Below are positions 9,808 through 20,055 of a stretch of 64,000 nucleotides of DNA, in pieces. The position numbers were made by a program, and so were the translations under genes. The notes beneath the pieces were generated by a model. The model was not told the origin of the DNA, did no database searches, and was given only the letters and a program-made list of their open reading frames with translations. This DNA comes from a virus. The stretch spans positions 74,384-138,383 of the IMG/VR virus record IMGVR_UViG_3300042309_002578; one strand, written 5' to 3'. How positions within the stretch are numbered: the first letter of the stretch is position 1; each line of letters begins with the position of its first letter.

Positions 9808-10803
9808 ATGCTTACGATTGCGGAAACTTCGAGTAATTCTTGTGGTGACAATTCAGAGAATGAAACGATAAGAGAAAATATTTTTAATGTTGTAGATGAC
9901 ATATTTAGAGTAATTTCCTACAAGGAGGCTGCCGTTCTGGTTTCGGCATCTGTATACGAAAAGTCTGGGATAAAATATGGTTATCTCCCTGGCGATGGAA
10001 TTAATGAGGTTGTTTTGAGATCAAGCGATCGCGCTCTTGAAATGTATAACGAGATGTGCGAAAGATACAAAATCAAAAAAGTAGAGAATCCCCTCTCCAC
10101 ACAGATAATTCGTAAGTTACACCTATTGGCTTTTGGTGAAGAGTTCTCAAAAAAAGCCAAGCAACGGAATGGCGAGTATTTATCCCATACCGTTAAGCTG
10201 TGTTCACCAATTAGGGCATACAAAGCCTTGTACAAAACTGTGACTCATGATGTCCCTGTAAATTTTGATGAAATTGAATCAGATACAGAAATTGATGAAA
10301 AACACGAACAAGAAAAATTATGCGAATTTAGCCTTGTAGGTGAACAATTTTTGTATCAAAAATATAAAATCACTTTAGAGAACAAACCTATCGGCACTGT
10401 ATTTAAGCGCATTTACTATGTATGTGATAAAAATATGCGAACAAGAAAGAAATCATCATTACAGGCAGAAATATCTATGAATATTGATGGGCGAGTAATT
10501 AATTTAAGCTCCCCCAATAAAAAGGTGCTGACCAATATTAGGGAGTGGCTAACAAATAAACTCTCCAATACTCTCAAGGGTATGTCAAAGTCAGTAATTG
10601 AGTATAAATCCGATAACAGAGGTATTGTTTTTGCAGCAATGCCAATGATTACAAAACTAGCACAGATGAATGGACTTTTAGCAAGATCGCCAGCAGGACG
10701 AGACTCTGATTTAATCAACTGGATAGATAGACAAGAGTTTGACGATCAAGGTATTCCATCGTTCCCAAATAGAGAGCTTTTATCAAATTTGATAATTACC
10801 TAG
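9808..10803 (+). CDS. Hypothetical protein
   Basis: 331-aa ORF with GAGAGG RBS and an upstream TGCTATAAT. Confidence 0.7.
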   Translation: MLTIAETSSNSCGDNSENETIRENIFNVVDDIFRVISYKEAAVLVSASVYEKSGIKYGYLPGDGINEVVLRSSDRALEMYNEMCERYKIKKVENPLSTQIIRKLHLLAFGEEFSKKAKQRNGEYLSHTVKLCSPIRAYKALYKTVTHDVPVNFDEIESDTEIDEKHEQEKLCEFSLVGEQFLYQKYKITLENKPIGTVFKRIYYVCDKNMRTRKKSSLQAEISMNIDGRVINLSSPNKKVLTNIREWLTNKLSNTLKGMSKSVIEYKSDNRGIVFAAMPMITKLAQMNGLLARSPAGRDSDLINWIDRQEFDDQGIPSFPNRELLSNLIIT

Positions 10804-10956
10804 TTTTACGTATGGAGCATTCGGATTTTGTTACACCTGTTTGGCTTTCTCTATCCAAAGAAAGCCAAAATTATTAAAAATATTATGCCAATATTGTTGA
10901 AAATATTAAAATATCGTGTTAATATCGTATCTATATTAAACAACAACAAGGCAATT

Positions 10957-11643
10957 ATGACAAAAGTAAAAGCTATAGCCGACAAATTCTTCGGCGGAAA
11001 TGTTGAAAATTTTTTGACTGAAATGGCTGGGACAGGCTTCAAAGTTGATGGATGGTCAGATACGACTGAATTACCTCTAGATGCAGAAGGTTTCAGATCC
11101 AAGGTTTTTGTAGTCTTGACAAAATCGGGCGTAACAGAGAAAGCTTTTAGGGCAGCACTGTCATCATGGAGCGTTCAGTCTGCGACCGAGAACATAAATG
11201 ATGAACCCATAAATAGTGTCCAGCCCGGTGCAATTGAAAAGATAGAAGATACTGTTATTGATGCGATCGCTGTTCAAAACGCAGGAATCCAACAACTTAG
11301 TGAAATTCAGCTTGATCAACAAATTTCGGAAGCAAGAACGTCTGGGGTAACAGAGGGGATAGTTTTAGAACTTGCCAAACTTGACGGCAAGTTTGAAACT
11401 CAAGTGCAAATTCGAGACATTTTGACGAATGTAAATAAAACAATGCACGAAGACCAAAAAACAAAAGCATTATCATTGGCTGGCGGTTTGTTAACTAAAA
11501 TACAAGGAAGCTATTCAAGAAGCAGTGAAGCAAGTAGAGCATCAAAAGTAAACCAAGAAGCTACAGAAGGTCTGGTTGCCACCATATTTGAAAGATTGGC
11601 GGGACTAAACAATCCTCCGTCCCAGTCGTCCGAGGGAAAATAG
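10957..11643 (+). CDS. Hypothetical coiled-coil protein
   Basis: Long ORF, likely start MTKVK. Confidence 0.7.
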   Translation: MTKVKAIADKFFGGNVENFLTEMAGTGFKVDGWSDTTELPLDAEGFRSKVFVVLTKSGVTEKAFRAALSSWSVQSATENINDEPINSVQPGAIEKIEDTVIDAIAVQNAGIQQLSEIQLDQQISEARTSGVTEGIVLELAKLDGKFETQVQIRDILTNVNKTMHEDQKTKALSLAGGLLTKIQGSYSRSSEASRASKVNQEATEGLVATIFERLAGLNNPPSQSSEGK

Positions 11644-11696
11644 AGAAGGTACTGGTTGACGCGATAGAAATTCTTGCACAAGAAGAAAAAAGCCGA

Positions 11697-11984
11697 GTGC
11701 AAGAATTATACCTCAGTGCCTTGGTTTATGTAACTGTCGCGTTTTTACAGGCAGAAGAACAAAGAAAAAAGGAGATGATACAGATGATACCTATGATTGC
11801 AGCTTTACTAGAAAACTTTGAAAATGATCCGATAGAAACAGGCAAGAACCTCTATGCCGCTGGTTTTTTTGCTGGTGCGATACTGTTTGGTGCTGCCGTT
11901 GGTAGTCCAATGGTTTTGCCAGTAGTATCCTGTGTTTCGCTTGCTTTGGGTATTGCGACTTTTATGGATAATCACAGACGTTAA
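11697..11984 (+). CDS. Small membrane protein
   Basis: Hydrophobic C-terminal helices; start uncertain. Confidence 0.5.
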   Translation: MQELYLSALVYVTVAFLQAEEQRKKEMIQMIPMIAALLENFENDPIETGKNLYAAGFFAGAILFGAAVGSPMVLPVVSCVSLALGIATFMDNHRR

Positions 11985-12017
11985 AAGCAATTCTCGGTTT
12001 TATAGAGAACAAAATTT

Positions 12018-12281
12018 ATGTCACACGCAACAGAGAACGACTCGCCACAAATTTTAATTGTCCCGAAAGAAGTGGGCGGACTATCAATGCCAATCTTATG
12101 TTTCCTAGTTGGGACGCTTAGTTTTGCGCTGCTTGCTAATGCGGTAACAAGTTTTAAAATGGCACAGCAGCAACAAAAAGATGCAAGCCCAACGGATGGT
12201 GTGCAGCAAGAATTAACAGCAAAAAGATTGCCAATACGCGGGCATATTCGTGCAAAACGATACAGAAAACAAATTAAATAA
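12018..12281 (+). CDS. Small membrane protein
   Basis: One TM-like segment and a basic tail. Confidence 0.55.
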   Translation: MSHATENDSPQILIVPKEVGGLSMPILCFLVGTLSFALLANAVTSFKMAQQQQKDASPTDGVQQELTAKRLPIRGHIRAKRYRKQIK

Positions 12282-12518
12282 AAACCTCGCATTATTTTAA
12301 ATAAAAATCAACACTTAGTGCCAAAATTTGACGGGAATAGACTGATTGAATCAAAATTAATAACTTTTATTGATTTTGTTGATTTAGCGTTAATTAATAG
12401 TCGCATTAAATCAGATTTGCTAGAAATAATCAGTTTGCAAAACTATAAACAGCAGAATTAGTTGACTTTGTCTGTTAGCCATAGTATTATATATTTAATT
12501 CAGTAATTTAAAAAGACT

Positions 12519-12890
12519 ATGGCTATTGATTTTAATGCTTTGACAAGAGAGTTGGAGGACAAGAAAGGCAGATGTTTGATTCCCACAACATTCTATGATT
12601 GGGTTAGTGGATACAGAGTTGATTGCATAACCGACGAAAGAACTCCGGTGAAAGTCTACTATTTAATAGAAGAAGGGGCGCATGGTTACTCTATCAAGTT
12701 TTTAAATGGTGTAACTGGATTTGAATCCTATTATGTCCATGATTTGTTAGCGAACAAGCAAGATCATCCTACGGGTTATTGGGCTGCTTGTTCGCTAACA
12801 ATAGGAAGATGGGACGGTCTATACGTTGACGCAAAACAGGTAGATGAAAAACTCAGAAAATTACCATTTGATGTCAATACACAACAATAA
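12519..12890 (+). CDS. Hypothetical early protein
   Basis: Consensus promoter at 12462-12490 and hairpin at 12891-12931. Confidence 0.75.
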   Translation: MAIDFNALTRELEDKKGRCLIPTTFYDWVSGYRVDCITDERTPVKVYYLIEEGAHGYSIKFLNGVTGFESYYVHDLLANKQDHPTGYWAACSLTIGRWDGLYVDAKQVDEKLRKLPFDVNTQQ

Positions 12891-13086
12891 CTAAGTGCGA
12901 CAGATTTTATTGTAAAATCTGTCGCACTTAGGTAAAATTACATAGAATAATCTCAGGTAACAAACCCATTCCTTATGTCAACATTTCATAATACCATATT
13001 TCGCAGAAACTTGTTACAAAAGATTCTTGACATCTATGTGTTAGCTGTAGTATTATATATTAATATGTGTAGCACAATTAAAAACA

Positions 13087-14211
13087 ATGGATATTAAATT
13101 TAGTTCACATTTTAGTGGGTGTGGTGGATTTGCATCTGGGGCAAAAAAAGCTGGATTTGATGTTATCAGTGGCATTGAGTGGGATGAAAAACGCCCAGAA
13201 ATAGCAGAACTATATAGAACAAACGTCAACAGAGATCATCTGATCTATAAAAATATTACAGAGGTTGATTTTAATGAGCTAAACATTCCACTCCCCACAG
13301 AAAGGAAACAGAATGGATTAGTTTTAGTTCACCAAACATCCCCACCATGTCAAGATCACACCACACTAAACAAAAAAAGAGATGCAAAATCATCACGAGC
13401 TAACATATTGGGCAATACTCACGATTTTTACAAAATATTTATGCCGGAGTACGTTGTGCTTGAGAACGTCAAGCTTTACAGAAAAAGTGGAGTTTATAAA
13501 AACTTTAAGCTCTTTCTCTCAACCCTTGGCTACAAAATCGAAGAGCATATTTTAAACGCCGCAGATTTTGGCGTACCTCAAACAAGAACCCGGTTGTTCA
13601 TGATTGCTGCTGCGCCAAACTATAATCTGCCAACAATAGAAACAACGCACACTGAATGTCTAGGCGATCAACTCCATTTATTTAAAAACCGGTGGGTTGG
13701 CTGGTATGAGGCGATCGCCGATATTATTGACAAGCTAGAGCCATCAAAATTGACTAATAAACAAATAGAGTTTGTCCAGTTGCAACAAAAAAGTTATGCA
13801 ACAAGGGACTCTGAAACCCCATCTTTCGCTATTACAGCCTCAATAGGAGAACATAATGTAATCCCGAAGGTGCTATTACCTAAGAATGCGTTTTTGGTGC
13901 AGAGAATTGGGTATTTTAAAATTCCAAAAATAAAAGATTCGCTACAGCCGTGTTGGACTTTGGTTTCTTCGCTGTGTGACGATGGCAAAGGTGGCACAAG
14001 AAATAAAGTCATTGACGTACTAATTGATGATTGCGATACTAAAAATTTAAATACAGACGCTTTGGCAAGGTTACAGGGATTTGACAAAGATTATAAATGG
14101 AGTGGCAACAAGAAAATAGATGTGCATGGTCTGGGTAACAGTGTCTGTCCACCTGTATCGGAGGCAATCTGCAATTCCATTAAAAAAGCTATTTTGGCTA
14201 GGGACAATTAA
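13087..14211 (+). CDS. dcm: DNA (cytosine-5) methyltransferase
   Basis: Motifs I FSGCGG, IV SPPCQ, VI ENV, VIII QTRTR and X GNSV; consensus promoter at 13027-13056. Confidence 0.93.
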   Translation: MDIKFSSHFSGCGGFASGAKKAGFDVISGIEWDEKRPEIAELYRTNVNRDHLIYKNITEVDFNELNIPLPTERKQNGLVLVHQTSPPCQDHTTLNKKRDAKSSRANILGNTHDFYKIFMPEYVVLENVKLYRKSGVYKNFKLFLSTLGYKIEEHILNAADFGVPQTRTRLFMIAAAPNYNLPTIETTHTECLGDQLHLFKNRWVGWYEAIADIIDKLEPSKLTNKQIEFVQLQQKSYATRDSETPSFAITASIGEHNVIPKVLLPKNAFLVQRIGYFKIPKIKDSLQPCWTLVSSLCDDGKGGTRNKVIDVLIDDCDTKNLNTDALARLQGFDKDYKWSGNKKIDVHGLGNSVCPPVSEAICNSIKKAILARDN

Positions 14212-14384
14212 AATATTGTGCTAATATTAATATTATTAGTTTTAATATCTAATCAATATTGACAACCGAAAAGGAGTTTTAATGCAATATCGAGTCGTGT
14301 ACCAGGGCTATGGGCAGTGGATTGGTGAAAATGCCACCAATTAACGGCAGAAAGCTTCCTCGTAAATTTACATAAGGAGTTGAT

Positions 14385-14720
14385 TTGATGTTTAACTTTG
14401 AGACTATTAAGCCACAATACGATGTATTAGCCTGGATGTCAGAAAATAGTGTATCTTTTTATTTAGAATTTTCTGATCCAACTCTTCAAAAAAGTGTTCA
14501 GGAGGAGTTGGAGTCAAAAGGCTTTTCAACAATATATGAGTTTACTGTGAGGCGGTTAATTCAATTGCAACCACCGTCAGGAATGGACACACTACAAATT
14601 TTGGAAAGAATTTGTACGACGTTGGAATTGGAGCATTACAAAGTTCAAAGAAAAATAGCTCCAAGATGGAAGCTATTAAAAGATGTCTTACCAATACAAA
14701 GTTTCATTTTAGGGAGTTAG
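14385..14720 (+). CDS. Hypothetical protein
   Basis: AAGGAG RBS before the start. Confidence 0.65.
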   Translation: MMFNFETIKPQYDVLAWMSENSVSFYLEFSDPTLQKSVQEELESKGFSTIYEFTVRRLIQLQPPSGMDTLQILERICTTLELEHYKVQRKIAPRWKLLKDVLPIQSFILGS

Positions 14721-14722
14721 TT

Positions 14723-15232
14723 ATGTATTGCGACATCCAAGGAAAATCTGTAGAGCGAATAATTGAAAATTGGAGCGTCTTGATTGACATTTCTCCTGGC
14801 AAATTTATGCAGTTTTACGTGCTAACTGACAGTTTGGAGAAATTTAATCTCTATTACTCCCTTTTGTCTGCTAAGTTAAATTTGATTGACGGTGGCGAAC
14901 TTGTACTGCGCCCACAGTCATTAAGTTTATACCAAGAAATAATGTTAAAATTGCCTTTAACCGCACAGAATTACAGCTTTGCAGTTAAAACTTTTAACGA
15001 ATCATGGAATGCAAAGCCTGAGCAAGACAAAGACTATTTTAATAATAGATGGAGATTTGGACACGACTACGATCAAGAATTAATGGAAGATAAAGTTTTA
15101 AAAGAGGCTTTGAAGGACTTTGAGGGAAAAATAGTTATCTTCACGTGGGTAGATGACACTAATCCCAAAATCACTAGAGTCGCAATGGCTTCGCAGTTCA
15201 AAAGTGGTGCAATAAAACCAGTGGAAAAGTAA
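14723..15232 (+). CDS. Hypothetical protein
   Basis: AGGGAG RBS, start MYCDI; terminator follows. Confidence 0.65.
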   Translation: MYCDIQGKSVERIIENWSVLIDISPGKFMQFYVLTDSLEKFNLYYSLLSAKLNLIDGGELVLRPQSLSLYQEIMLKLPLTAQNYSFAVKTFNESWNAKPEQDKDYFNNRWRFGHDYDQELMEDKVLKEALKDFEGKIVIFTWVDDTNPKITRVAMASQFKSGAIKPVEK

Positions 15233-15236
15233 ATTT

Positions 15237-15261
15237 AGCCCCGTAACAGGGGCTTTTTTTA
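15237..15261 (+). terminator. Rho-independent terminator
   Basis: AGCCCCGTAACAGGGGCT followed by a T run. Confidence 0.8.
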
Positions 15262-15450
15262 TTGGCAAAACCAATTTCTTTCGCTAGGGCATTTTTTAAC
15301 CTTTTTGCAGGGTAGTAAATACCCTGAAATATGTCCAGTCCAATTACCATATTCATCTACTAAAGTTCCACTAAAATCAGCACCAAGTAGTTGGTACGGT
15401 CTTATGTCTATTCCACAACCAGGGCAACGAGTACCACCCCAGGAAGCCAT
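15259..15450 (-). CDS. Small Cys-rich (zinc-finger-like) protein
   Basis: CPGCG and further Cys residues. Confidence 0.5.
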   Translation of the reverse strand: MASWGGTRCPGCGIDIRPYQLLGADFSGTLVDEYGNWTGHISGYLLPCKKVKKCPSERNWFCQ

Positions 15451-15692
15451 AAAAAGATTGTAGTTTCTATGGATTTGGTTTTCAGCAATACTGTCTAGTT
15501 CTCTTAGCCGCTGTTTTAATTGATATCGCTTACGTCGCTTTTGTCTTTTTATGTTTCCGGTTAAATGATAAAGTATCCATAATTCAAATTGTTAGAGTTG
15601 TAGCGCGATCGCCCATCAAAAGAGCGATCTTTATGTGACTGTTATGTGATTAAATGCGATCGCCCAACAAAAAGAGACGACCGCTTGTTAAT

Positions 15693-15887
15693 TCAAACTG
15701 AAATCTGTGATCCATTCTTTAGCTCTCTAATCAGGGATGGATAACTTGCTAGATAATCACTTTCGTCAGAGAGAAAATTACCGTCTACTCCAGATTGTCT
15801 AATTTTTAAAGAGCGATATGTTTTCCCTTCCCTGACAAGCACTTTTATTTTCTCATTGTTAATCAAAAGGTATCCAGTATATTGCAT
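15693..15887 (-). CDS. Small hypothetical protein
   Basis: AAGGAAG RBS upstream; flanked by repeated HIP1 hairpins. Confidence 0.55.
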   Translation of the reverse strand: MQYTGYLLINNEKIKVLVREGKTYRSLKIRQSGVDGNFLSDESDYLASYPSLIRELKNGSQISV

Positions 15888-15945
15888 GATCTTCCTTGGT
15901 GATTGTGAGTGCGATCGCCCTAAAAGAGGCGACCGCGTAAATTAG

Positions 15946-16128
15946 CTACTTGAAAACTTCAATCAAAACTGATTCAGGGTACAGCCCGACGCAACCAAAG
16001 CGCGGATCATAAATCTGTTCAATGTCTATTTCCCGTTTACGGCACAAAACAGATGCTTGTCCACCATTTTGACTTGCAAACATTAAATTTTTGTATTTCT
16101 TGCAGACAGATATTTTCTTAGTTTCCAC
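15946..16128 (-). CDS. Small hypothetical protein
   Basis: 60-aa ORF overlapping the end of the RuvC-like gene. Confidence 0.35.
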   Translation of the reverse strand: METKKISVCKKYKNLMFASQNGGQASVLCRKREIDIEQIYDPRFGCVGLYPESVLIEVFK

Positions 16129-16631
16129 TCAGCAATCAAGGCAGCATCTGCACGCCCATCACAAATTTTTACACCATTTTTGTATTTTGAATTTTTTTCA
16201 TATACCAAGTCTTTTATTTGTGGTATTAATTCCACAGCGACTTTATCGCCATTGTATTGACCGCTTGTTTTGCCGTTAACACCCAAAAGTGACATCCATT
16301 GAACGGATTGAACCTCTGTGCATGATATCTGCTTCATAAAAATGCACATCTGCAAAGCCCCAAGACCACGCCCATATTTAAGCATTGATGCAACACTCTG
16401 ACTTCTTTTTTCTCCGCCTTTTTTCTCGTCTTTTTGGCTCATGGCTTTCGCAACTTCTATGGCCGCAAAACTATTGTTAGGGTCAAAATCACTAAATATT
16501 TTAGCAACACCCCTCATTGAGATTTGCCCATCCATAAACGGCATATCGGCGCACATAATTAACTCTCTGTTTTCGTTTATAGCGACAATAGCACCCTTAG
16601 ATCCTGGATCAACCCCGATAAATACTTTCAT
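16083..16631 (-). CDS. RuvC-like Holliday junction resolvase (phage type)
   Basis: IGVDPGxxG, AAIE, YGRGLG, V.S..W and DGRADAALIA motifs. Confidence 0.88.
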   Translation of the reverse strand: MKVFIGVDPGSKGAIVAINENRELIMCADMPFMDGQISMRGVAKIFSDFDPNNSFAAIEVAKAMSQKDEKKGGEKRSQSVASMLKYGRGLGALQMCIFMKQISCTEVQSVQWMSLLGVNGKTSGQYNGDKVAVELIPQIKDLVYEKNSKYKNGVKICDGRADAALIAEWKLRKYLSARNTKI

Positions 16632-16721
16632 GATTTAGCCTAAAATGTTATTGCAATATTGATGCTATATTAACATTGTTTGTGGTAAAATGTGTTAACA
16701 AGTATCAAGAAATTTAAAGCC

Positions 16722-17012
16722 ATGCAGTTAAGTACAGAAAAAATAAATACCCAAGAAACAAAGCCAGAAGTTGAGGCAATTTTACATTCAAGCGAATGGG
16801 TAAAACCAGAGGACAAGCTCCCGCAACCTTATGAGTTTGTTTTAGTAATGATAGCAGAATGCAATATTCCAATATATTGCCTCTATCAATGCGACGATTT
16901 TTATGTTGTCAGTGTGTCGCTGGTTCGCAATAATGTGAATACAAGAATTAAACTTCTAAAAAAAGAAGTCTTGGTGTGGCGAGGAAATCTTGGAATAAAA
17001 CTTCCACAATAA
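16722..17012 (+). CDS. Hypothetical protein (DUF551-like)
   Basis: EWVKPEDKLP...VLV...VLVW pattern. Confidence 0.55.
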   Translation: MQLSTEKINTQETKPEVEAILHSSEWVKPEDKLPQPYEFVLVMIAECNIPIYCLYQCDDFYVVSVSLVRNNVNTRIKLLKKEVLVWRGNLGIKLPQ

Positions 17013-17089
17013 AATCAAAAACTGGTTGACTTTTGTGGTTAACCAATGTAATATAGATATATAGACAAAAACCACAAACACAAAAAACA

Positions 17090-17686
17090 ATGACAATTTT
17101 CATAAACAACAACAAGACAATGAAAGAACTCGCTGCAAAAGTATTTAATTACAGCGGTAGAAAATATAAAGTAGTGCCACAACTTAACTATTGTCTCAAC
17201 AATTATTGGGACGGTGGCAGCAAAGAAAGATGCGTTCTCGTAAATAGAGAAAATGGCGAATTTCACGCACCTAGCGATGATACAAAAAACCCATTTAAGG
17301 TAGTCGCTCATAAAAGCTTCGAGATTCCAAAAGGGTATTTTATAATTACCCACACAATAAGCATGGGAAAAGACGCTGGGATAACTTTTTATGTAAGACC
17401 CGAAGAAATGCCCAAGGATTTAGCTAGTGGCGACTACGATTTAACCTTTGAGCAAAAAGTTGTTCTATCCTGCTTTTTTAGTTTTAAATCGAGCTACGCC
17501 GGCATTAAAGATTATCGCAAAAGCAATGGTTTAGCTTTAATATCATCTCAAGAATGGGATAACGCCAAAGCTTCATTAATCGAAGCGGAGTATATAAACG
17601 CACGAAATGCTATTACCACAAAGGGTAAAAATGCGGCTCTAAAGTTTAGCTTCAGCAGCCTTCACAGCGAAGTAAAAAAGCAGTAA
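17090..17686 (+). CDS. Hypothetical early protein
   Basis: Consensus promoter at 17026-17054; hairpin at 17699-17739. Confidence 0.8.
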   Translation: MTIFINNNKTMKELAAKVFNYSGRKYKVVPQLNYCLNNYWDGGSKERCVLVNRENGEFHAPSDDTKNPFKVVAHKSFEIPKGYFIITHTISMGKDAGITFYVRPEEMPKDLASGDYDLTFEQKVVLSCFFSFKSSYAGIKDYRKSNGLALISSQEWDNAKASLIEAEYINARNAITTKGKNAALKFSFSSLHSEVKKQ

Positions 17687-17824
17687 ACTGATTTAATAAA
17701 CCATTTTGCATTTTGATTCCGATAAAATGCAAAATGGTTAAAAATCGGTGTAATAAAATAATACAAAGCGCGATACCGACACCTATCAATAGACAACAAA
17801 ATTGCGATCGCAACAACAAAAAAT

Positions 17825-18085
17825 ATGCTAGTTAAAGACTTTTTAGAATTTGCCGAACAGGTTAGACAATCTAGTGAGAAAGACCAATCTGTGCTAGACC
17901 TAGAGCTAAATTTTTATGATGGAAGCGAGTCATGGGACATAGACAAATTAGAAATAACTATGCCTGACGCAGAAACAGAAGAACCAGGTTATGTTGTCTT
18001 TGAGTTAAAAACAAGTATTGACATAGAAGATGACCGGTTTGACAGAAGTCACCCAGAAATACGCCATGAAGTAGTAGCCCCATAA
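17825..18085 (+). CDS. Small acidic hypothetical protein
   Basis: 86-aa D/E-rich ORF. Confidence 0.65.
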   Translation: MLVKDFLEFAEQVRQSSEKDQSVLDLELNFYDGSESWDIDKLEITMPDAETEEPGYVVFELKTSIDIEDDRFDRSHPEIRHEVVAP

Positions 18086-18323
18086 GTGCAGCGAAACCTT
18101 TTAAGGACTAACAGCTACTGGAAGTTAGCCCTTAAAGAAAAAAGCATAATATTTAAGATTATGCAATTTTTTCTGTCAAATGGATTTTGTGAGCGAATCC
18201 CACGAAGCGGGTATTTTGCTTCTTGCTAAATTTCAAGAATTTAGACAGCTAACCCTAGCTCTATATTTATATTTCTTTCTTAGTTGTATTGCATATTTTT
18301 TCTTCTCGTGCTATAATTATATT

Positions 18324-18802
18324 AACGAGAGTAAATCCTTAGATCAAGCGTACTGCGTTTTGGTTTTAAACTGTTCTCGTTCGGGTCTTGTTCGCAAGGA
18401 GACAAGATATCCAGGGAAATTCCCCCGTTACTATACGTATGCGGTTTTAAAAAGCCTATACCTGGAAGGCAACTCGTACCTCGGATGCGAGACAACCTCA
18501 AAAAGCTGACAGGACGCGAGGCAGATGGTTACTGCCAAGATTGAAGAAACATAAGAACCTTCGCCTCATCGATCCTAACGGATTAAACATCAGATCCTTG
18601 AAGAAACTGGTGAGCCTATAGAGGTGCTATAGGCACGTTGGTGAAAACTAACAAGATTTTGAAGGGAGCTTGAGCCAGTAACTGTCCTGGATTAAAGTGC
18701 ATTACAAAAGCACACCAAGCTTCGGTCATGCTTTTTGGTTTTCAAGCAACAAAATTATGATCTAACCTTGGGTTTCCAACCGTGTGGACTAAATCACCGC
18801 AC
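18324..18802 (+). ncRNA. Candidate large structured non-coding RNA (unassigned class)
   Basis: Own promoter TTGCAT-17-TATAAT (18289-18317); many local hairpins (GCAA and GAAA tetraloops) and nested long-range helices; no credible ORF. Confidence 0.7.
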
Positions 18803-19214
18803 AAAAGCACACTAAGTATTAGACATAATTATTCTCATTGTTTTTTATTCCGCAAAAACCTAACGCCAAGTGTGTATGCGCTTATTTTAAGCGTTTATAT
18901 TATTTTGGTATTTAAAACTGCGATTTTGTCGTTGCTAGAATCTTTTTATCTTTTTCTGGACAAATAAAAATCGTTAGCTTTAGTTTATCGTCCTAAATTC
19001 TGTGAATTTAGGACAAATTGTCATGCTTATTTTTATTAAAGCCAGATATGCACAGGCGTAAATATAGGCGCATAGAATACATTTGTTCTGTGCTTCGCTG
19101 AAAACGGTGATTTTTGGCGGCAAAAAACTACAAGCGTGTTACATGATTTTTGGCAATGACAACGACTGAAATGCCTATTCTATCGTAAGGTTGGACACCA
19201 AATTTTCAAATTAC

Positions 19215-19310
19215 ATATAATACCATAAAGTGGGTACAAAAGTCAAGGGAAGATACAAAGAAAAAAGGGTAGTTTCCTGTAAGAAAGTGATCATCTTCCC
19301 AGCTTTATTT
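19215..19310. repeat. Third copy of the GGGAAGAT..ATCTTCCC operator/promoter core
   Basis: CAAAAGTCAAGGGAAGATACAAAGAAAAAAGGG..AAGAAAGTGATCATCTTCCC is nearly identical to 7266-7329. Confidence 0.85.
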
Positions 19311-19456
19311 TTCAGTGAAATTATAAATGTATTACAAGCACCCTCTTATTATGGCTATTGCAACGGAGGCGCATTTGTTGAAAGAAAGGAAAGATGGTGG
19401 GAAGGTGATAGTTTAGCGATCTAACAAAGAAATTGTGGAGATTTTATTCCGATAGC

Positions 19457-19501
19457 TTGGTAAGCGTAAAACTCAGTGGATAAAGCCACTGAGAGTGTCA
19501 A
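19457..19501 (+). mobile_element. Minimal IS200/IS605-type palindromic element (end remnant)
   Basis: TTGGTAAGCGTAAAACTCAGTGGATAAAGCCACTGAGAGTGTCAA: a hairpin ending in GAGTGTCAA, like the element end at 21657. Confidence 0.6.
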
Positions 19502-19717
19502 TTCCTCGTTCGCACCCTGATGCAAACAATAATGATCCGAACAACTTCAAAAGGTGCTAATTAGAGCTTTTGTGTAACCAAAGTGGCGATCGCCACATTA
19601 GCTAAAACCTAAAAGGATCAATACCGGGGTTGGAGTAGAGCAAGAAAGCTGCTTGAGCAGCACGGAAAAGACGCAGACAATTTTGCTTATGAATTCCAAA
19701 TAAGTGAAATAAAGCTA

Positions 19718-19993
19718 ATGCAGCTTGACGGTGGCTTTGCAGTTCCTATGTTCGCTCTAAATGGAGTGTCAGGCTACAGACTGGTAATTAAGAATGATCT
19801 GCCAACCGTAATGTCTAATTATTTTCAATTCGCCATAGAAGAGGACGAGTTGAAGGTCAGAGAATGGGCAGAATCTAACTACAAGAAACTATTCGACTGT
19901 GCCAGCATGGGTGACATTTCCCGACTAGTAGAATCAACTCCCAAGCTGAAGAAAAAAGTTAGGAGTGGTTTAATATGCAATAATTTTAGTTGA
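19718..19993 (+). CDS. Hypothetical protein (possibly 5'-truncated)
   Basis: 91-aa ORF. Confidence 0.45.
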   Translation: MQLDGGFAVPMFALNGVSGYRLVIKNDLPTVMSNYFQFAIEEDELKVREWAESNYKKLFDCASMGDISRLVESTPKLKKKVRSGLICNNFS

Positions 19994-20055
19994 CTTTTTT
20001 GTTGACCATAGTATTATAGATATATAGACAAAAACCAAAAACAAAAAAGAAAACA

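Noticed and set aside
18180-18509. 109-aa ORF
   Set aside because: It spans a promoter and the structured RNA candidate, with unprotein-like composition.
18324-18802. tmRNA, RNase P RNA or group I/II intron
   Set aside because: No tRNA-like ends or T-loop with CCA, no GAGGAAAGUCC, no recognisable P7 or domain V, and no interrupted host gene.
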